From Phoronis australis (taxonomy: Eukaryota > Animalia > Phoronida): DNA of 64,000 nt. Shown one piece after another: positions 13,936 through 27,140 of this stretch. The notes under the pieces were generated by a model that saw nothing but the letters and a program-made list of their open reading frames with translations, did not search any database and was not told where the DNA came from. The position numbers were made by a program, and so were the translations under genes. Where the stretch lies: positions 233,232 through 297,231 of the forward strand of contig NMRA01000232.1 of the NCBI GenBank assembly GCA_002633005.1, read 5' to 3'. Position 1 is the first letter of the stretch. Every line of letters starts with the position of its first letter.

Positions 13936-13941
13936 AATAAA
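13936..13941 (+). terminator. Candidate CTPS polyadenylation signal
   Basis: AATAAA followed by a GT/T-rich tract (13959-13985), ~1.55 kb after the stop codon. Confidence 0.45.
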
Positions 13942-14477
13942 GATATTTAGCAGTAAATTTGTTTTGAATTTTTGTATTTGTTGTAGGTCACCTACTCTAC
14001 CAGAAACTCCTTCCATGCAAGTTAGACAATGTAGATTGGACTGTAACATTCATTGACTTGACGTTTTGTAGGACCCTAGAAAAATGTTCATAATCCATCT
14101 TTACTGGGGATTGCATTGCGATGAAAACGGGATATTTTTCATGAAGTGTCTTCATTCTGAAAAGACAGTAATTTGGTCCTACGCTTCAAATAACCATTTT
14201 CAAAAATAATTTGAACTCNTAGTTTTGCAAACTCAAGTTTTACAAAGTACCTGAAAATATACTCAGAACAGTTAATTGCTAGGATTTGTACAAATTATTT
14301 CCAGGCAGTGATGTGTTGACCAACATGACTAAACCTTCATTTGGTAATTGTCAAGTGGAAGCGCAAGGCCAAATTTCTGTCTCAGTTTTAAAGTCGACTC
14401 TATTCACGAAACTGATCTGCTACAAGCTGATGATTATTTAAAAAAAATTCACTCAATATCTTGTCAAAAGACATTTA

Positions 14478-16025
14478 GACCGGCAGCCCAGAGCACTTGG
14501 CATAGATGAACGAGGTACCAACATCTGCAGACCACGGGAGCATTTAGAGTCCACCTCAGTATGTACAGAAATGGACGTCTGCCGTTGTTTGCACTCGTTG
14601 CGACCAATGGGGGCCTTACAAAGGGCCCAGAAAATGAGCTAGACTAGATATTAGAGGTACCGGCAAAAACTGATTTAAAACGAACAATAGTACCGCACTG
14701 AACACCGAATCGGACCCATGACGGACAAATTGCGCTCTGGAATGGTCCGACAGAAACCAAAATGAACTAGCACTACATTCGAGGTACCCCAAAAACCAAC
14801 TTTATTATGTGATTCAATACATGCCACAGATCACTAAAACCCCAGTGACAGACAAAATACACTCTGGATTGTGCCCGGCACAAACCCCCAAAAATCTCAA
14901 CCACGGTATGCCATCAAAAATTTGAGTTAGACTAGATTTTCGAGGTACCGGCCAAAACTGATTTCAAACGAACAGTACCGCAATGAATGACCCATGACAA
15001 ACAAATTGCACTCTGGAATGGGTCCGGCAGAAATCAAAAAAGAGCCCCCAAAAATGAGCTAGCACATACATTCGAGGTACCACAAAAACAATTACATGAA
15101 ATTCAATACATGTCACAGGTCACTAAATGCCCTATGACCGGCAGACAAAATACACTCTGGATTGTGCATGGCAGAAACCCTCAAAAATCTCAACCACGGT
15201 ATGCCATTTTGAGACAGATTTTCAAGGTATCGGCTTAAAACTAGCAATCATGCTGCACTGAACACACAGTGGCCCATGACTTAAATAACGTTTTTCTTAC
15301 ACTTACCGTTTTCGAGTTATTTGACTTCAAATTTCAAAAAAAACTCCAAAATTTCAATGTTTTCGAAAAATTTATAGAATGTTGCGAAACTATCAATTTA
15401 GATAGTTTTGAACGGGCTTTCAGGAGATGTTTTCAATTTTTCGCTAGGACGTCTACTTTTCAAATTATTTGAGATTTTCTGATAGGGCTGTTCATTTGTG
15501 TTCATTGCGGTACAATTGTTCGTTTAAAACCAGTTTTGGCCGCTGTACCTCGAAAATCTAGTCTAGCTCAAATTTTTGATGGCATACCGTGGTTGAGATT
15601 TTTGGGGGTTTCTGGCTGGCACAATCCAGAGTGTAATTTGTCTGTCACAGGGCATTTAGTGATCTGTAACATGTATTGAATCACATGGAGTTAGTTTTTT
15701 GTGGTACCTCGAATGTATGTGCTAGCTCATTTTGGGGGGTACTTTTTTGGTTTCTGCCAGACCCATTCCAGAGCGCAATTTGTCTGTCATGGGTCATTCG
15801 GTGTTCAGTGCGGTACTATTGTTCGTTTTAAATCGGTTTTGGTTGGTACCTCGAATATCTAGTCTAGCTCATTTTTGGGCCCTTTGTAAGCCCCCAGGGG
15901 TCACACCCAGAGTGCAGACAACGGCAGACGTCGATTTCTGTACATACTGAGGTGAACTCTAAATGCTCCCGTGGTCAGATGTTGTTACCTCGTTCATCTA
16001 TGCTAAGTGCTCTGGGCTGCCGGTC
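14478..16025. mobile_element. ~1.55-kb foldback element with tandem ~290-bp subrepeats in its arms
   Basis: Ends GACCGGCAGCCCAGAGCACTT / AAGTGCTCTGGGCTGCCGGTC with >500 bp of complementarity. An internal unit containing CTAGA..GAGGTACC..AAATCTCAACCACGGTATGCCA occurs ~2.3 times on the left and ~1.3 times on the right. No coding remnant. Confidence 0.9.
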
Positions 16026-17657
16026 CTTTTTGGTAAATTATACCAATTAAAAACTATCCAGTTACATAGGAACCTGGTAAAATGTCCAGACCTGGCCAAC
16101 TTCAGGACATCACATCTGAGAAATGGCTGATTGGACTCATATGAAGCTTTTAGGTACTGTCCGTCGTGCAGTATCCTCCAAACCACTGTTGATTTTTAGA
16201 ATACTCCACTTTATTTGCATACTAAAGAGGAATTTGCATGTTCCTAACTATGCTAATGTATAGCAGAAACTAAACGACACTGCTATTTGAACATCATCTG
16301 TGCTAAACAAAGTGCAACTGTATTCAACAACTGTTGTGGAAACAAAAAATTCTGTGAATAAGGTGACCTTTGCACTAATGACATAACTTGGGGGCTCACA
16401 TACCCCGCATCATGCAGTGTAATTCCTCAACACCATGTCAGGGTACTTATTGGATACGCTTGAGTGATTTACAGCACATCATTTTTGACAGAAAAATCGT
16501 TCTTAAAAACATTTGGCAATTTTCAACCTCCTTCATATTCACACGGTCGTTATATGTGGTGTCTCTAACCAATTTGACCAAGCAATCATAGAGATGAGCT
16601 TGGCGTGCCAGTTCCACATCAAAGCGGTAATCAAAACTGGGACACCTGATGGATGAGGCTTAAGGCAGGGATTCAGCATGCTTTAAATTAAGGGTCACCA
16701 GTTTCCGCAGCAATCAACCAATACATGTACAAAAACTCAGTTGTCCCACATTTCCAGAACCAACTTTTTCCACTCAATAACAGGCAACTAACTTTTTCCA
16801 AAATCTGGGACCCCTGTAAGTCACGATTGCCAAAGCTGCAATGCATAAAATCTGACTATAAAGGGATAGTAAGGGACAACGAACCTGCAAATTGCGTCAA
16901 ATAACAACTTATGATTCATGTCACATACTACAACAAACTCCATCTTGTTTCTTGCTCAAATTAGAAACAATTTCTACACTTGACAAAAAAATAAAAGATT
17001 CTTATTACCTCAGACCATGATCATAAAGTTGTCACAGCAGGTTAGTTTCAGTCGCCATGACAGCATGGCCATCAGAGGAATTCCAGGCAATTTCTGGTAG
17101 GAAATTTCAACTCAAAAGAGCGCCATGGTGAAGAAATGTGTTGTTTTCATAGCGGCTTTAAATGTGAAAGTTATCAGCAGAAAATAGGCATACCCACACA
17201 ATGTACAACTTAAGTCACCTTGTTCTCTTATTAAAGTGAAATCTCACCAATTTTACACAAAATGGCAAAATTATAACCCTTTTTTACTTTTAAATGCTTC
17301 TATCAGTATTATGAATGGTCACATTCTTTCAAAACATTATCCGATGGTAGCTATGGTGAAGAAATTGAAGAAAGAAAAACATATTTCGTGCGATGTAACT
17401 TTTACGAAATATAGAGCAATAAAAGTTCACCCGTCCTTCACATTATGTCCTAAATACAATAGACGAGATTTCACAGTAGAAACTAATACTGACTTTCATA
17501 GCTCTTCAACCTCACAATTTCATGAAATTTCTAATTGACTGTTTTCACTGTCAGGGATTTTCCTTCGCGATATTCACTTTAATATAAGAAGATCTTGACA
17601 AATCGTTGATCAATCTGTACTGCACACAGTGTCTGAGTTTTTGGCAAAGTACATATG

Positions 17658-20600
17658 CTAGACTGCCGTTCCACGTTCCAGGTTCTGTTTGATCTCTGTT
17701 GTGTATTTGCCATAGAATCTCTCCAGTTTTTGATTGAACTTCATATTGCGTGTGTTAATGTAGTCTATATCGGCATCATCATCGTGTGTGCGCCGTCTAC
17801 TGTACTTGGCTCTTTTCTCGATCCTATTGGAAGAAAAACATGTTAGAAAAGGGACTTTGAACTTAAAGGGGCACTATCAGCTTCAAAGACTTCTTAAAGT
17901 TATTAGCTTTGACCAGAGTAATAAAACAAGAAAATCCATTGTGTTTTGTGATTTCATTACAAGTTTCCAATTATCACCATTACCTGGCAGACATTCGCTG
18001 AAATCAAGACTAGCCATTTTATGAGCTCAATACGCTTAAAATACTTTGCCATTTATTGAGCTGGATTTAGCTTTGCCAGCAGAGAATTAAGCCATGACTA
18101 CAAGGTTTCAGTTTCAAATCCAAGCTGAAACTGATCTCAGACAATGAATTTCTCTCCTCTAAAAATGCAATTTTATACACTGAAGTTAGACAAGCAATCA
18201 CATCACAACTCATTTGCTACACTAATCAAATGCAAGGGTCTTACAAACAAGCTGAAGTCATTTACAAAATATGATATGAAAGCTAATTCACAATACACGT
18301 GACATGGTCCTAACAACTTGCATATAGCTCAGTTGAGTGGCAAGTCTAAGCCTATAAACCCCTGACACCAGCATAGCCAAAGGGGAGCAATGGAGGGGGG
18401 CTCAGATAATCACGGACATTACCAAAATTTGTATTTGACTTGTGGTAAGTGATGGCCTTGGTGAGATCCATTATGACATTTTATCTCATGCCTCCTGAAA
18501 AATACATTTGGCTATGCCAGTGACACCTGGTGTGCCACACAAAGCAACAGCTGTTCGAAGACACAACTTACTGTTTTTCAACATCATCAACAAGCCTGTT
18601 GATCGCATCCTCTGAATCTTTGTGCTCAGTGACACCTAGCGTATCTGTGGTTGGATAGAAAGCTTCACCCCTGCAATTACAAAGAGGAAACATAATCTTC
18701 AACTGTATTTCAAAAAGATTAAACTGTACACTTCCACCACAACCTTTCATCAACTGATTAAAGAACTGACCAAAGACAGGAATTGGAATCTCATTGGCCG
18801 GATTTAACAATTACAAACACTGTTGGCAGACTTAATGTTAAAGAAAACAGCAATGCATATGTGATTCCAACATATGTTCCGGTGGAGACCACGTGACTTG
18901 ACAAACGGTGTGGAAAGTTGCAGTGTTGCTGTTGCCAAAGAACACAGACTCAATAACAGGTTTGTTTTACCATGTACTTTTCACATTGAATGTCAACTGA
19001 ACAAACCAAAACATTCAGTATTTTACAGAGTCTCACTCACAGTTTCTCCTTTTCCCTGTCATAGTTTTGCATGTCAGGCTTCAGCTGCTTCGTCAATCTT
19101 TGATATTGTCTGTGTGTAGCTGCTTCATAATCTAGAACACAAGAGAAGCTAGACACTCAATTTGCTTTCACAAACAGCACTACACAATCTTGGCTTTTCA
19201 TTCTTTTTAGGTCTGCAGGTTTTGTTTACATTTACACAATAGATGTCATTCGTTATATGCCGAGGCACTGTGGAAATAGATAAAATAATAAGACTACATG
19301 CTTGTTTTATTTGTCTGTTGACATTTCTTCGATAAAATAAGCATTGATTGACAACATTTGGACATTTCGCTCTGCAGTCAGTTTTCAATTTTTCACCCAC
19401 TCAATGTTTGTCCACTGTAATACAACATAAATATTTTTCAGATGTCGAAACCTGTTTTCATAAAATCAAATTTGAGCCTGAAGAATGGATCACAACTGGT
19501 TGATATCTAGAAACAGTGCAGTAGACTTTTATACACAAGACTGAAGCAAATCCAAAAACTTAAAATAATTACTAGAGATCCTGATTTTCTGCAATACTGG
19601 AAAACGAATGAAATTTACAAAATCTGACTTCTTTCATGAAGAATGGTAAAAGCTCTAACATCAAATTCTACAGTCTTTCTACTTTCAGAAAACGCGATAT
19701 ATTTACGGAGCTAACTAAAATTTTTAAATTTTCTAGAGATTTTGTCATATGCACAAACTTGCGATAAAGTCCTACATAACTTTAAATCAAAAGTTGGTTT
19801 TAATGACACACAGGTTTAAGTCAATTTTAATAACTGAAAGCTGCCACTTCAAAGAGAGATCTTATTTAATGTGTAGTCAAAGATATAAAGCCCCCAAGGA
19901 AACTGGGGATTTTTTATAGATTTACTCCTGGTGTCCTATCAAAAATTGACCAAACACAATTCGAAATGCCTAATCAAACATTAACCTTTTTACGGATAAA
20001 GCGGAAAATTCTATGTACAATGAAGTGCAAGATTCAAGGGTAGTGTTCAAGTAATAATTGCTTACGTACACACGTTAACTGCAGAACTTCACCTGAGAAG
20101 TATTTCTCACTTCTTATTACTTTGATGCAGAAAGACCCTAGTTAAACATCCAACCTATTCTGCATGGCAAACAAGAAGATAACAAAGATGCCACACCTGA
20201 AAACCCTTGGTCGGAGTTCTTCTTTTTCTTTCTTTTCTCCCATTTTTCAGCCTCATCCGCACCCACCTCCAACAGCTTGACTCTTTCAAAATTTTCACCT
20301 TTGGCTTCACATTCCTGAAATAAATCACGTGATGAGCATCTTCACATTAAGTGGCATTACACTATCAACACTTCACATTAAATGGCATTACACTATCAAC
20401 ACTTCACACACAATGCCACGAAGATGTGTAAACAAATGTACAGCAAGCAAATGCATACTCGTGTAGGATAAGCTAAATACAGTGTAGAGATGAGAGTGGG
20501 TGTTCATCAAAAAAAAACAGAGGATAAGATAATGACGTCTTTGAGAACATTTGAGGGGGAGGTCGGGGGGTGAACTTTTGTAGCAATAAAATAGCGTTCT

Positions 20601-23186
20601 ATCGAATTCGTGTCTGATTTAAATGCGACATTATTGCACCTAGCTGTTAATTGTCTATTTATGTAATGTACTTGAGCAGCAAGTTATTGCAATTTTGACA
20701 TGGTGAATGGAGCATCAGCTGTCGAGATTTTGTTAAGATGTAGCCAGAATTTTCAATGAAATTACACGGATAATTAGTGACAATTTGGTAATCAAAACGT
20801 TGTCCAGTTTATTTAAAAAACTAATGTATGTTGATTGGGTAGTCTTGTTTTGTATTACACTTGACTGAAGATAAAATTCGAGCTCGGAAATAAGGTGAGT
20901 GAACACTTTTGGCATTCTATTATTAAACTATGCTAGGAATACCACTCTTGGGAGGCATTTCTGGCAAGTAAACTTGTTTCAAACTCGGTTTAGCTTTGCT
21001 TGAAATATAAGATTCTTGGGCTTGTGAAAAAATGTGCAGTCACAGCATTTTTCATCAACAAACACCAAACAGAAAAATCCCAACCTTCTTCAGCTTGTCT
21101 TGCCCCTCCTCCCATTCCACTCGTCTCTTCTTAGCCTCCCAATTAGCTGGCAGCTTGCTCCGCCTATCTTCCTCCACCACCTCCTGGTGATTTAGCTTCC
21201 TGGCCTCGTTCTGAAAGTAGGTCACACTGCACAAGTATAACTCTGGTGAAAAAGTGATTAATATATCTACCTGTGGTAAAATTTAGTCTAATGAAGATAA
21301 ACAAAGTCTTGAAAATGCTGATTAGCCAAGAACTAATGAAGAACCGGAACATTTCAGGAATTTTCTTAAATTATCAAGTACTGGTAAGCAGCTCTAGAGA
21401 TAGATACAGTTTGCGACAAATGCAATCAGACAAAATACAGTTCCCCCATCATGACATGTGCTGGCGCATCAAGACGGGTTATTCTAATGCTATCCTGATG
21501 GTGGTGGAGCTGGCACTTGCACTCAGCCATCATGAGGGAGATTTCTGGGTCATTTCATCCATTTTTGGCATGATTGTACAGTAAAGACCTTGAAAAATAT
21601 TATGTGTCCACCAGTTGTGGATCAGGCTCAGAACGATATATGCAACTTATATCAAGAACAACCAAAGTCTCTTAACGGGCTTGAATACCACATTGTGACT
21701 GAAAGAGTTTGTGTAAATAAAGGAATGACAAAACTGACAAAACAGAGTTGACTAACATAAGTAATCAGTTCTAACCCTTCTCATATGAAGTTCTTTTAGC
21801 TTGTTCATACGCTCAGCCTTTGAGGAGCCTGCACTACTCGATCCAGCCATATTCTGCAAGAACATTTAGACTGATACAAACGTATATGTAACATATTGCC
21901 AGGAATAGTACAACATTCAATTCACACAACATTACTGACTCGGGGTATATGCCAATTGTACAGAGCCTGGAATTGAGGAATTTTGATCACAATGATAAAG
22001 ACACAGGATATAAAACTTCACTCTTTCAACCTTAGGGCAAGTGATGCAATTGTGTGAGAGGAAATGGATGTGAGGAGACCACGTGTAAAGACTTCTCAAT
22101 ACATAGATAGGACATAAAACAATATAGTTGTGACTGGAAGCATACTTACTAGTACTCAAAGACACTATAAATCAGCATTCCATTCAACAAGCAAATTTTT
22201 TATATAAACCACTTACTGCCATAAAATTGGCCTCAACTTGTTCCTTACTCTGATGACAAGCGATATTTTGGGTTTTGAAAGAACTGACAGCTGGTTCTTT
22301 GCCGACAGGTCCATTCGCAACAAAATTATCCATAAAATGAAATCTGATGACGGCGCCAAGTCGTTTCGATGAATTAGTGCAGCGAGTTTGCACGTGCTTT
22401 AGTCGTCTGCACTAATTCATCGAAACGACTTGGCGCTGTCATAGGATTTCATTTTATGGATAATTTTGTTGTGAATGGACCTGTGTTCTAGCAGCATATA
22501 TGTCAAAACACTCGAGCTGAAATTTGGCTATAAGGTGCCCGCAGCCATTACGTGGTTAGTCAGTTTTCCGTGGTGTGGCGTATGAGGAAACATGGTGTCC
22601 GATATTTAGGTTCTCCAAAGGTTTGCTTGTTGTGTTTTTTAAAGATCAGTCGGAACATAAATGTGGCATTTAATGACAAGATATAGTAACAGAACAATTC
22701 CGTGAAGGTAAGTCTTTATTTCAGCAAAGAATTTACAACAATCCATAGTATTTTCAATTAAATAAAATGCAAAATGTGCCAAAACGTCCGATAATTAGGT
22801 CACCGTAGATATGGACACTTTTGAAGGGGTTGAATGCTTCAAAGTGATTTCAATAAATTAGACAGTTAAACTTTCATACGCCTGTCTTAATAAAAAGGCT
22901 GAAATTCAGGACTACGAGTTGTCATCTGACTGAGAGTCTAAGAAGTGAAATGCAAAATCGAGACTTTGAAGTTCGACATTTCATCTTCGATTTTGGCTGA
23001 ATAGTTGAAGACTGGCATTGAGTCTCCCTTTTTTACGTGTTTACTTCTATTAGTTACGCAATAACACAGTATTAATACGATTGACATTACAAGCGGATAA
23101 TTAAAACACCTCGGGGCTTTTAATCAACAATTGTGATGACTGTAAACTAGCAAAAGCGAAAAAAATTAGTAACTCACCGACGCCAT
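17658..23186 (-). CDS. SYF2: Pre-mRNA splicing factor SYF2 (NTC complex), 228 aa; exons 23186-23178, 21853-21776, 21210-21085, 20314-20197, 19131-19041, 18670-18572, 17823-17658
   Basis: Spliced translation MAS|[26 protein letters not shown]|[28 protein letters not shown]...|...[31 protein letters not shown]...|...[39 protein letters not shown]. The hallmark SYF2 C-terminus is present and all introns are GT-AG with consistent phases. The 9-nt first exon is the least certain. Confidence 0.95.
18366..18522. mobile_element. Short MITE in SYF2 intron
   Basis: TIR CACCAGCATAGCCAAA / TTTGGCTATGCCAGTG with an internal G tract; no clean TSD. Confidence 0.55.
20340..20408. repeat. Short tandem duplication (~30-bp unit, ~2.3 copies)
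   Basis: CTTCACATTAA(G/A)TGGCATTACACTATCAACA repeated. Confidence 0.8.
22305..22484. mobile_element. 180-bp near-perfect palindromic MITE in SYF2 intron 1
   Basis: ~78-bp arms ACAGGTCCATTCGCAACAAAATTATCCATAAAATGAAATC...GATGAATTAGTGCAG and its reverse complement with only a handful of differences; ~20-nt loop. Confidence 0.9.
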
Positions 23187-25233
23187 TTTGTTTACTAACT
23201 TTCAAATTTCCGAACACTAAAGAGCTCATGTTCACAGTCACCAGGTGGCACTGTCCTCACAGTGTGCATAGAAATAAAACCAGAGAAATGTCAGCTAGGT
23301 TGTGAAGGGTTCCCGACAAATGTCCTAATTTCGATACCTTCTGAACGTTATAACTCAGAAAGGATTATTGCATTCCTGTGAGATTCTTTATTATTACATG
23401 CTTTCCACCCTGTTCGCCAAAACACTTCAGAAATTATTTTCAAAATGTTCTACGTTTGCACGAGGGCTGTAAAAAGGACCTACACGTGATTGTTATAAAA
23501 AAAAACATAATTTGTATGAAATGAAAACGATGTGAAAATTAAGAAAACTATGATAGATTGCTACCGTTATTTTCGTGATTTTACCTTCTCTCTTTTTTAC
23601 ATTTTAAAAAGACATGGTCACCTGACTCGATTACTATAGGAATTATAAGAAATCAAAATTAAATTTTACAGGTTTTTCACTTTCATAAAATATATGATTC
23701 CACTTAGTTAGTATTCGTATAGTTTTATAGATATTTGTTTAAATCTTGGAACCAGTTATTGGTCCCTAGGTTAAATTAACCGATAAGATCCTGCATAACC
23801 TTATCGATATAATACAAAACCAAAAACTCAACAAAACCAATAAACTTAATCATTTTCTTATTTTATTTATTCCAATTGTTGGTCGTGCACCAATGTTCGC
23901 CATAGGAACAGATATTTAATTTCTACGCTGAAAAAAACGCTCAAAAATGAATAGTGGAACGCAATTACTTACTGGAGTAACTGTAATGTCTTGCATTGAT
24001 GCCATTCATTCTGTTGTAAACATATTGCTAGTTTCACCACTCTCAATAGTCTATTGGCTAACGCGTAGGTACTGCTTTTATCAGCATCCGAAAAAGCGTC
24101 CCACATCTATCCAATAGTCCTGATCTGATGTACACTATTATCTACAGTTTGACTCAACCCGCGTCTCGTCCAAAAAGTGAGCCCGTTTTGATTCCCCTTA
24201 TCGCTATAAATCTGGTCTCAACTTGTTCCTTACTCAGATGAGAAGTAATTTCTGACTGCGAAATGGCAGTTGGTGTAATTCCTTGAGGCCTATGCTCTAA
24301 CATTGCATAGATCAAGCCCCGTGTGAGTCGTATATATATATATATAGGGGTCAGTATTCTTTTTGTTTAATCATTCAGGTTGTGCTCCTGTTTTTCAAAA
24401 TGTCTATTCCAAGTGAACTTGGGAGCGGCAAAAATGAACAAATGTTGCGTAATGCCACCTGCATATTGTCAGAGTTTATTCATGTAATCGTTCAGTTGAT
24501 GACAATCTTCTTGGAATCACCATGTCAGTCGCATGGAATAAACATTTAAGGAAAAAGTACTCGCTAATGTTTGAATGCGTGCTCAAGTGGGCGTGACTAC
24601 CAACCATGCAATGTCTATCCTGGGCGCCCGAAGTACTTGAGATGTGGTAAAACGACCAGCTGGCATTCCCACACTGCTCATCACCTTGCCCTCTTGTGTG
24701 ACACCAAATTTGTCGTTTTTTGACATGAAGTTGTCAGATGAATAGTTTAAGAAAATCTGCAACTCCGAAGGCTATTTTGTAAGTCATTGGAAATATTCTC
24801 AACAATAATGTCTTGATTGATGCAAACATCTGGGTCGGAGAAATTCCAGAAGAAAAACAAAAATTTCTTAAAGTGCTCATGTTTTCATTAACTGAACTAA
24901 CGGAATAACTTATTACTTGAAGTAACATATTTTCTAGAAAAACAAGGGTCAGAAATGATCTGTTGACGCCGAGTGTCGCCCTTCACCGCAACATATCACG
25001 TGCGCCAAAAGACCGTCACGTGACACTTTATTGTTGCTGAAGCTAAAAAAACGAATATTAACAGAAAACGCCATGGCATTTCCAGGAACGAAAATAAAGA
25101 TTTTTATTCAGTTCACTGAGGTTAATTTCAATGTTTTTTTTTAAGAAACATGTTGGTTTACTTAACTTAATTGCACTTAGAGCTTAAGTACACTATTTCC
25201 GTCGTCAATTTTGTACACTTAGTGGGGTTTGAT

Positions 25234-25387
25234 CAGTGCTGCAGCTGTAGTGGTAAAATTAGAGGCGCCCAAAGCTCACCGCATCCCCTTGAGCACTGAA
25301 CGTAACTTACGGTGCGTAGGCGCTACGTTCAAATTCCATAAGGTGGTTGGCTGCGCCTACGTGCGCCTACGTCCCACTACAGCACTG
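25234..25387. mobile_element. hAT-like MITE, 154 bp, 8-bp TSD
   Basis: CAGTGCTG..TAGTGG / CCACTACAGCACTG ends, flanked by GGTTTGAT at 25226-25233 and 25388-25395. Confidence 0.85.
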
Positions 25388-25679
25388 GGTTTGATCAACG
25401 TCAGTTAGTCGTTTTCAGTCTCCCAGTGTCCTAATACATGAACTGTTCAAGTGAAACTGTACTTGAAAGTGATGTACTGGATATAGGCGCACGCCATCAT
25501 TTATAAAATAATGCCCCGAAACTTTATCTTTGATGTGCAGTGAAGACTTGTGAATGATACAGAGCATGCTAGCAAACAACGGACTTCAACGTGATAACAT
25601 CACATCAGCACCAGCGTCTAATCCCGGCCGCCCACTCTCCCTCTTAGCTTGACTGTGCACTCTTTCCGCCTTCAAAACA

Positions 25680-26770
25680 ATTTTGTACCGGAAAGCCAAC
25701 ACGTAAAATTTCCAGGACGCATATTTTCTATTCAAGAATTAAAATATCTGAAGGACCAAAAACAACTTAAAATCAGAATTTGTCACACCAGGACCTATAT
25801 TTTATCACGTCAGGACCGAAAGAATTTACTGATCACTCCTGGACATAACATTGATCACGCCAGGACAGAAAATGTTGATACCAGGAAATCACGTGACCTT
25901 CCTCTATCCGACACTGACGATCCGGTGCGTTTCCGTGATACTCAGCCGTTGTTCAAGTCTAATTTGTTCAAGTGTACATTGACTTCTGTTGTAGAACGTG
26001 CAACAGAAAACAGAAATTCCAGGGCCGGATCCAGGATTTTGAGTTAGGGGGACCAGGGCACAGGAATAACCAGAATTTCGGCAGATGCGCGCTCCCAGCC
26101 TAAAATGTGGGGATGCAGTTGTCTCGAATTTTTGGGTTTGCGGACCTGTTGACTAAAAAAAAAACGTAAACGGGGTTTGTTTAGGGCCTATGCATTGTTT
26201 CTTCGACCCCCAAGCTCCCCTGGTTACGCGCATGTGCTAGTCAGCAATTCGCACCCGAACTCCCAAATGCTATCTGGTAGAGTTTTAGGGGGCCATGGCC
26301 CCCTTGCCCCTCTCCCCNCCCCCTAAATCCGCCACTGAATTCAACCTCATTTTCACAATAATATGACTCAGCGTCGTCGGGGAATTATCGTGTTGAACGC
26401 CAAGCCCTTGCTTGTACACTGACGTCATCACTTTCAGGAGTCAATGCTTGGATGGTCACGTGGACTCCTGGCATGAAAATTTTCTGTCCTGTCATGATAA
26501 ATTTTCTGTTCTGACGTATTAAATTTTCGGTCCTGATGTGATAGACTTTAACATGCTAAACTTTGGCCTTGAGTACGTTTTGGTTTTGAAGAGCGAAAAT
26601 AATGTTTGGGTTTATTTTAATAATTGCAGAAGTGAAAATTCCGGTTTTGAGGTACTTATTTTTGGTTCTGCGTAGTATAAATAATGTTTAGGTCTGTTTT
26701 TAAATCTTGCGTGGAAGACTGTGTGTCCTGGATTTTCTCCGTTTTGACTTTCTTGTACAGATAAGTCTGG
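25680..26770. mobile_element. Foldback element with subterminal TCACGYCAGGA repeats, carrying nested MITEs
   Basis: Left arm ends CCAGGAAATCACGTGACC (~25898); right arm starts GGTCACGTGGACTCCTGG (~26454). Same architecture as the 30.5-31.0 kb copy. Outer boundaries approximate. Confidence 0.65.
26020..26337 (+). mobile_element. CAG-ended MITE (family A), 5-bp TSD, interrupted by a family B MITE at 26084-26234
   Basis: CAGGGCCGGATCCAGG ... CTAAATCCGCCACTG with AATTC on both sides; aligns to copies at 26987 and 39311 except for a 151-bp insert. Confidence 0.8.
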
Positions 26771-26986
26771 AGCGTTTTCTAAATGCTACACCATCACGAG
26801 CTTGACGTAAAACATATTTTTTATTTAAATTCTGGGGCTTTTTTCATGGAAAGTGCCTTCAGACTTAAAAATCAGACATTTGACTCGGGCCCTCCACGAC
26901 TTTTTCTAAAAATAAGTAGATCTCGATCAGCAAAGGCACAAAAGTCTCTGAAAATATTCACATAGCAGCTAGTTAGCGGCCATAAT

Positions 26987-27140
26987 CAGCGGCGGACTTA
27001 GAGGGGGGCCAAGGGGCCATGTCCCCTCTAAAGTTCTCCAAGATTCCATTTGGCAGTTCGAGGGTGCAAATGTCTGACTGGCAAAATCCTGGTTAATACT
27101 GTGCTCTACCCCCCAACTCAAAATCCTGGATCCGCCCCTG
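26987..27140 (-). mobile_element. MITE family A copy, 154 bp
   Basis: CAGCGGCGGACTTAG ... CCTGGATCCGCCCCTG with TSD ATAAT (26982-26986, 27141-27145). Confidence 0.85.

Noticed and set aside
23965-24110. Minus-strand frame MWDAFSDADK... ending at a GTAAGT donor
   Set aside because: No recognisable homology and phase incompatible with SYF2 exon 2.
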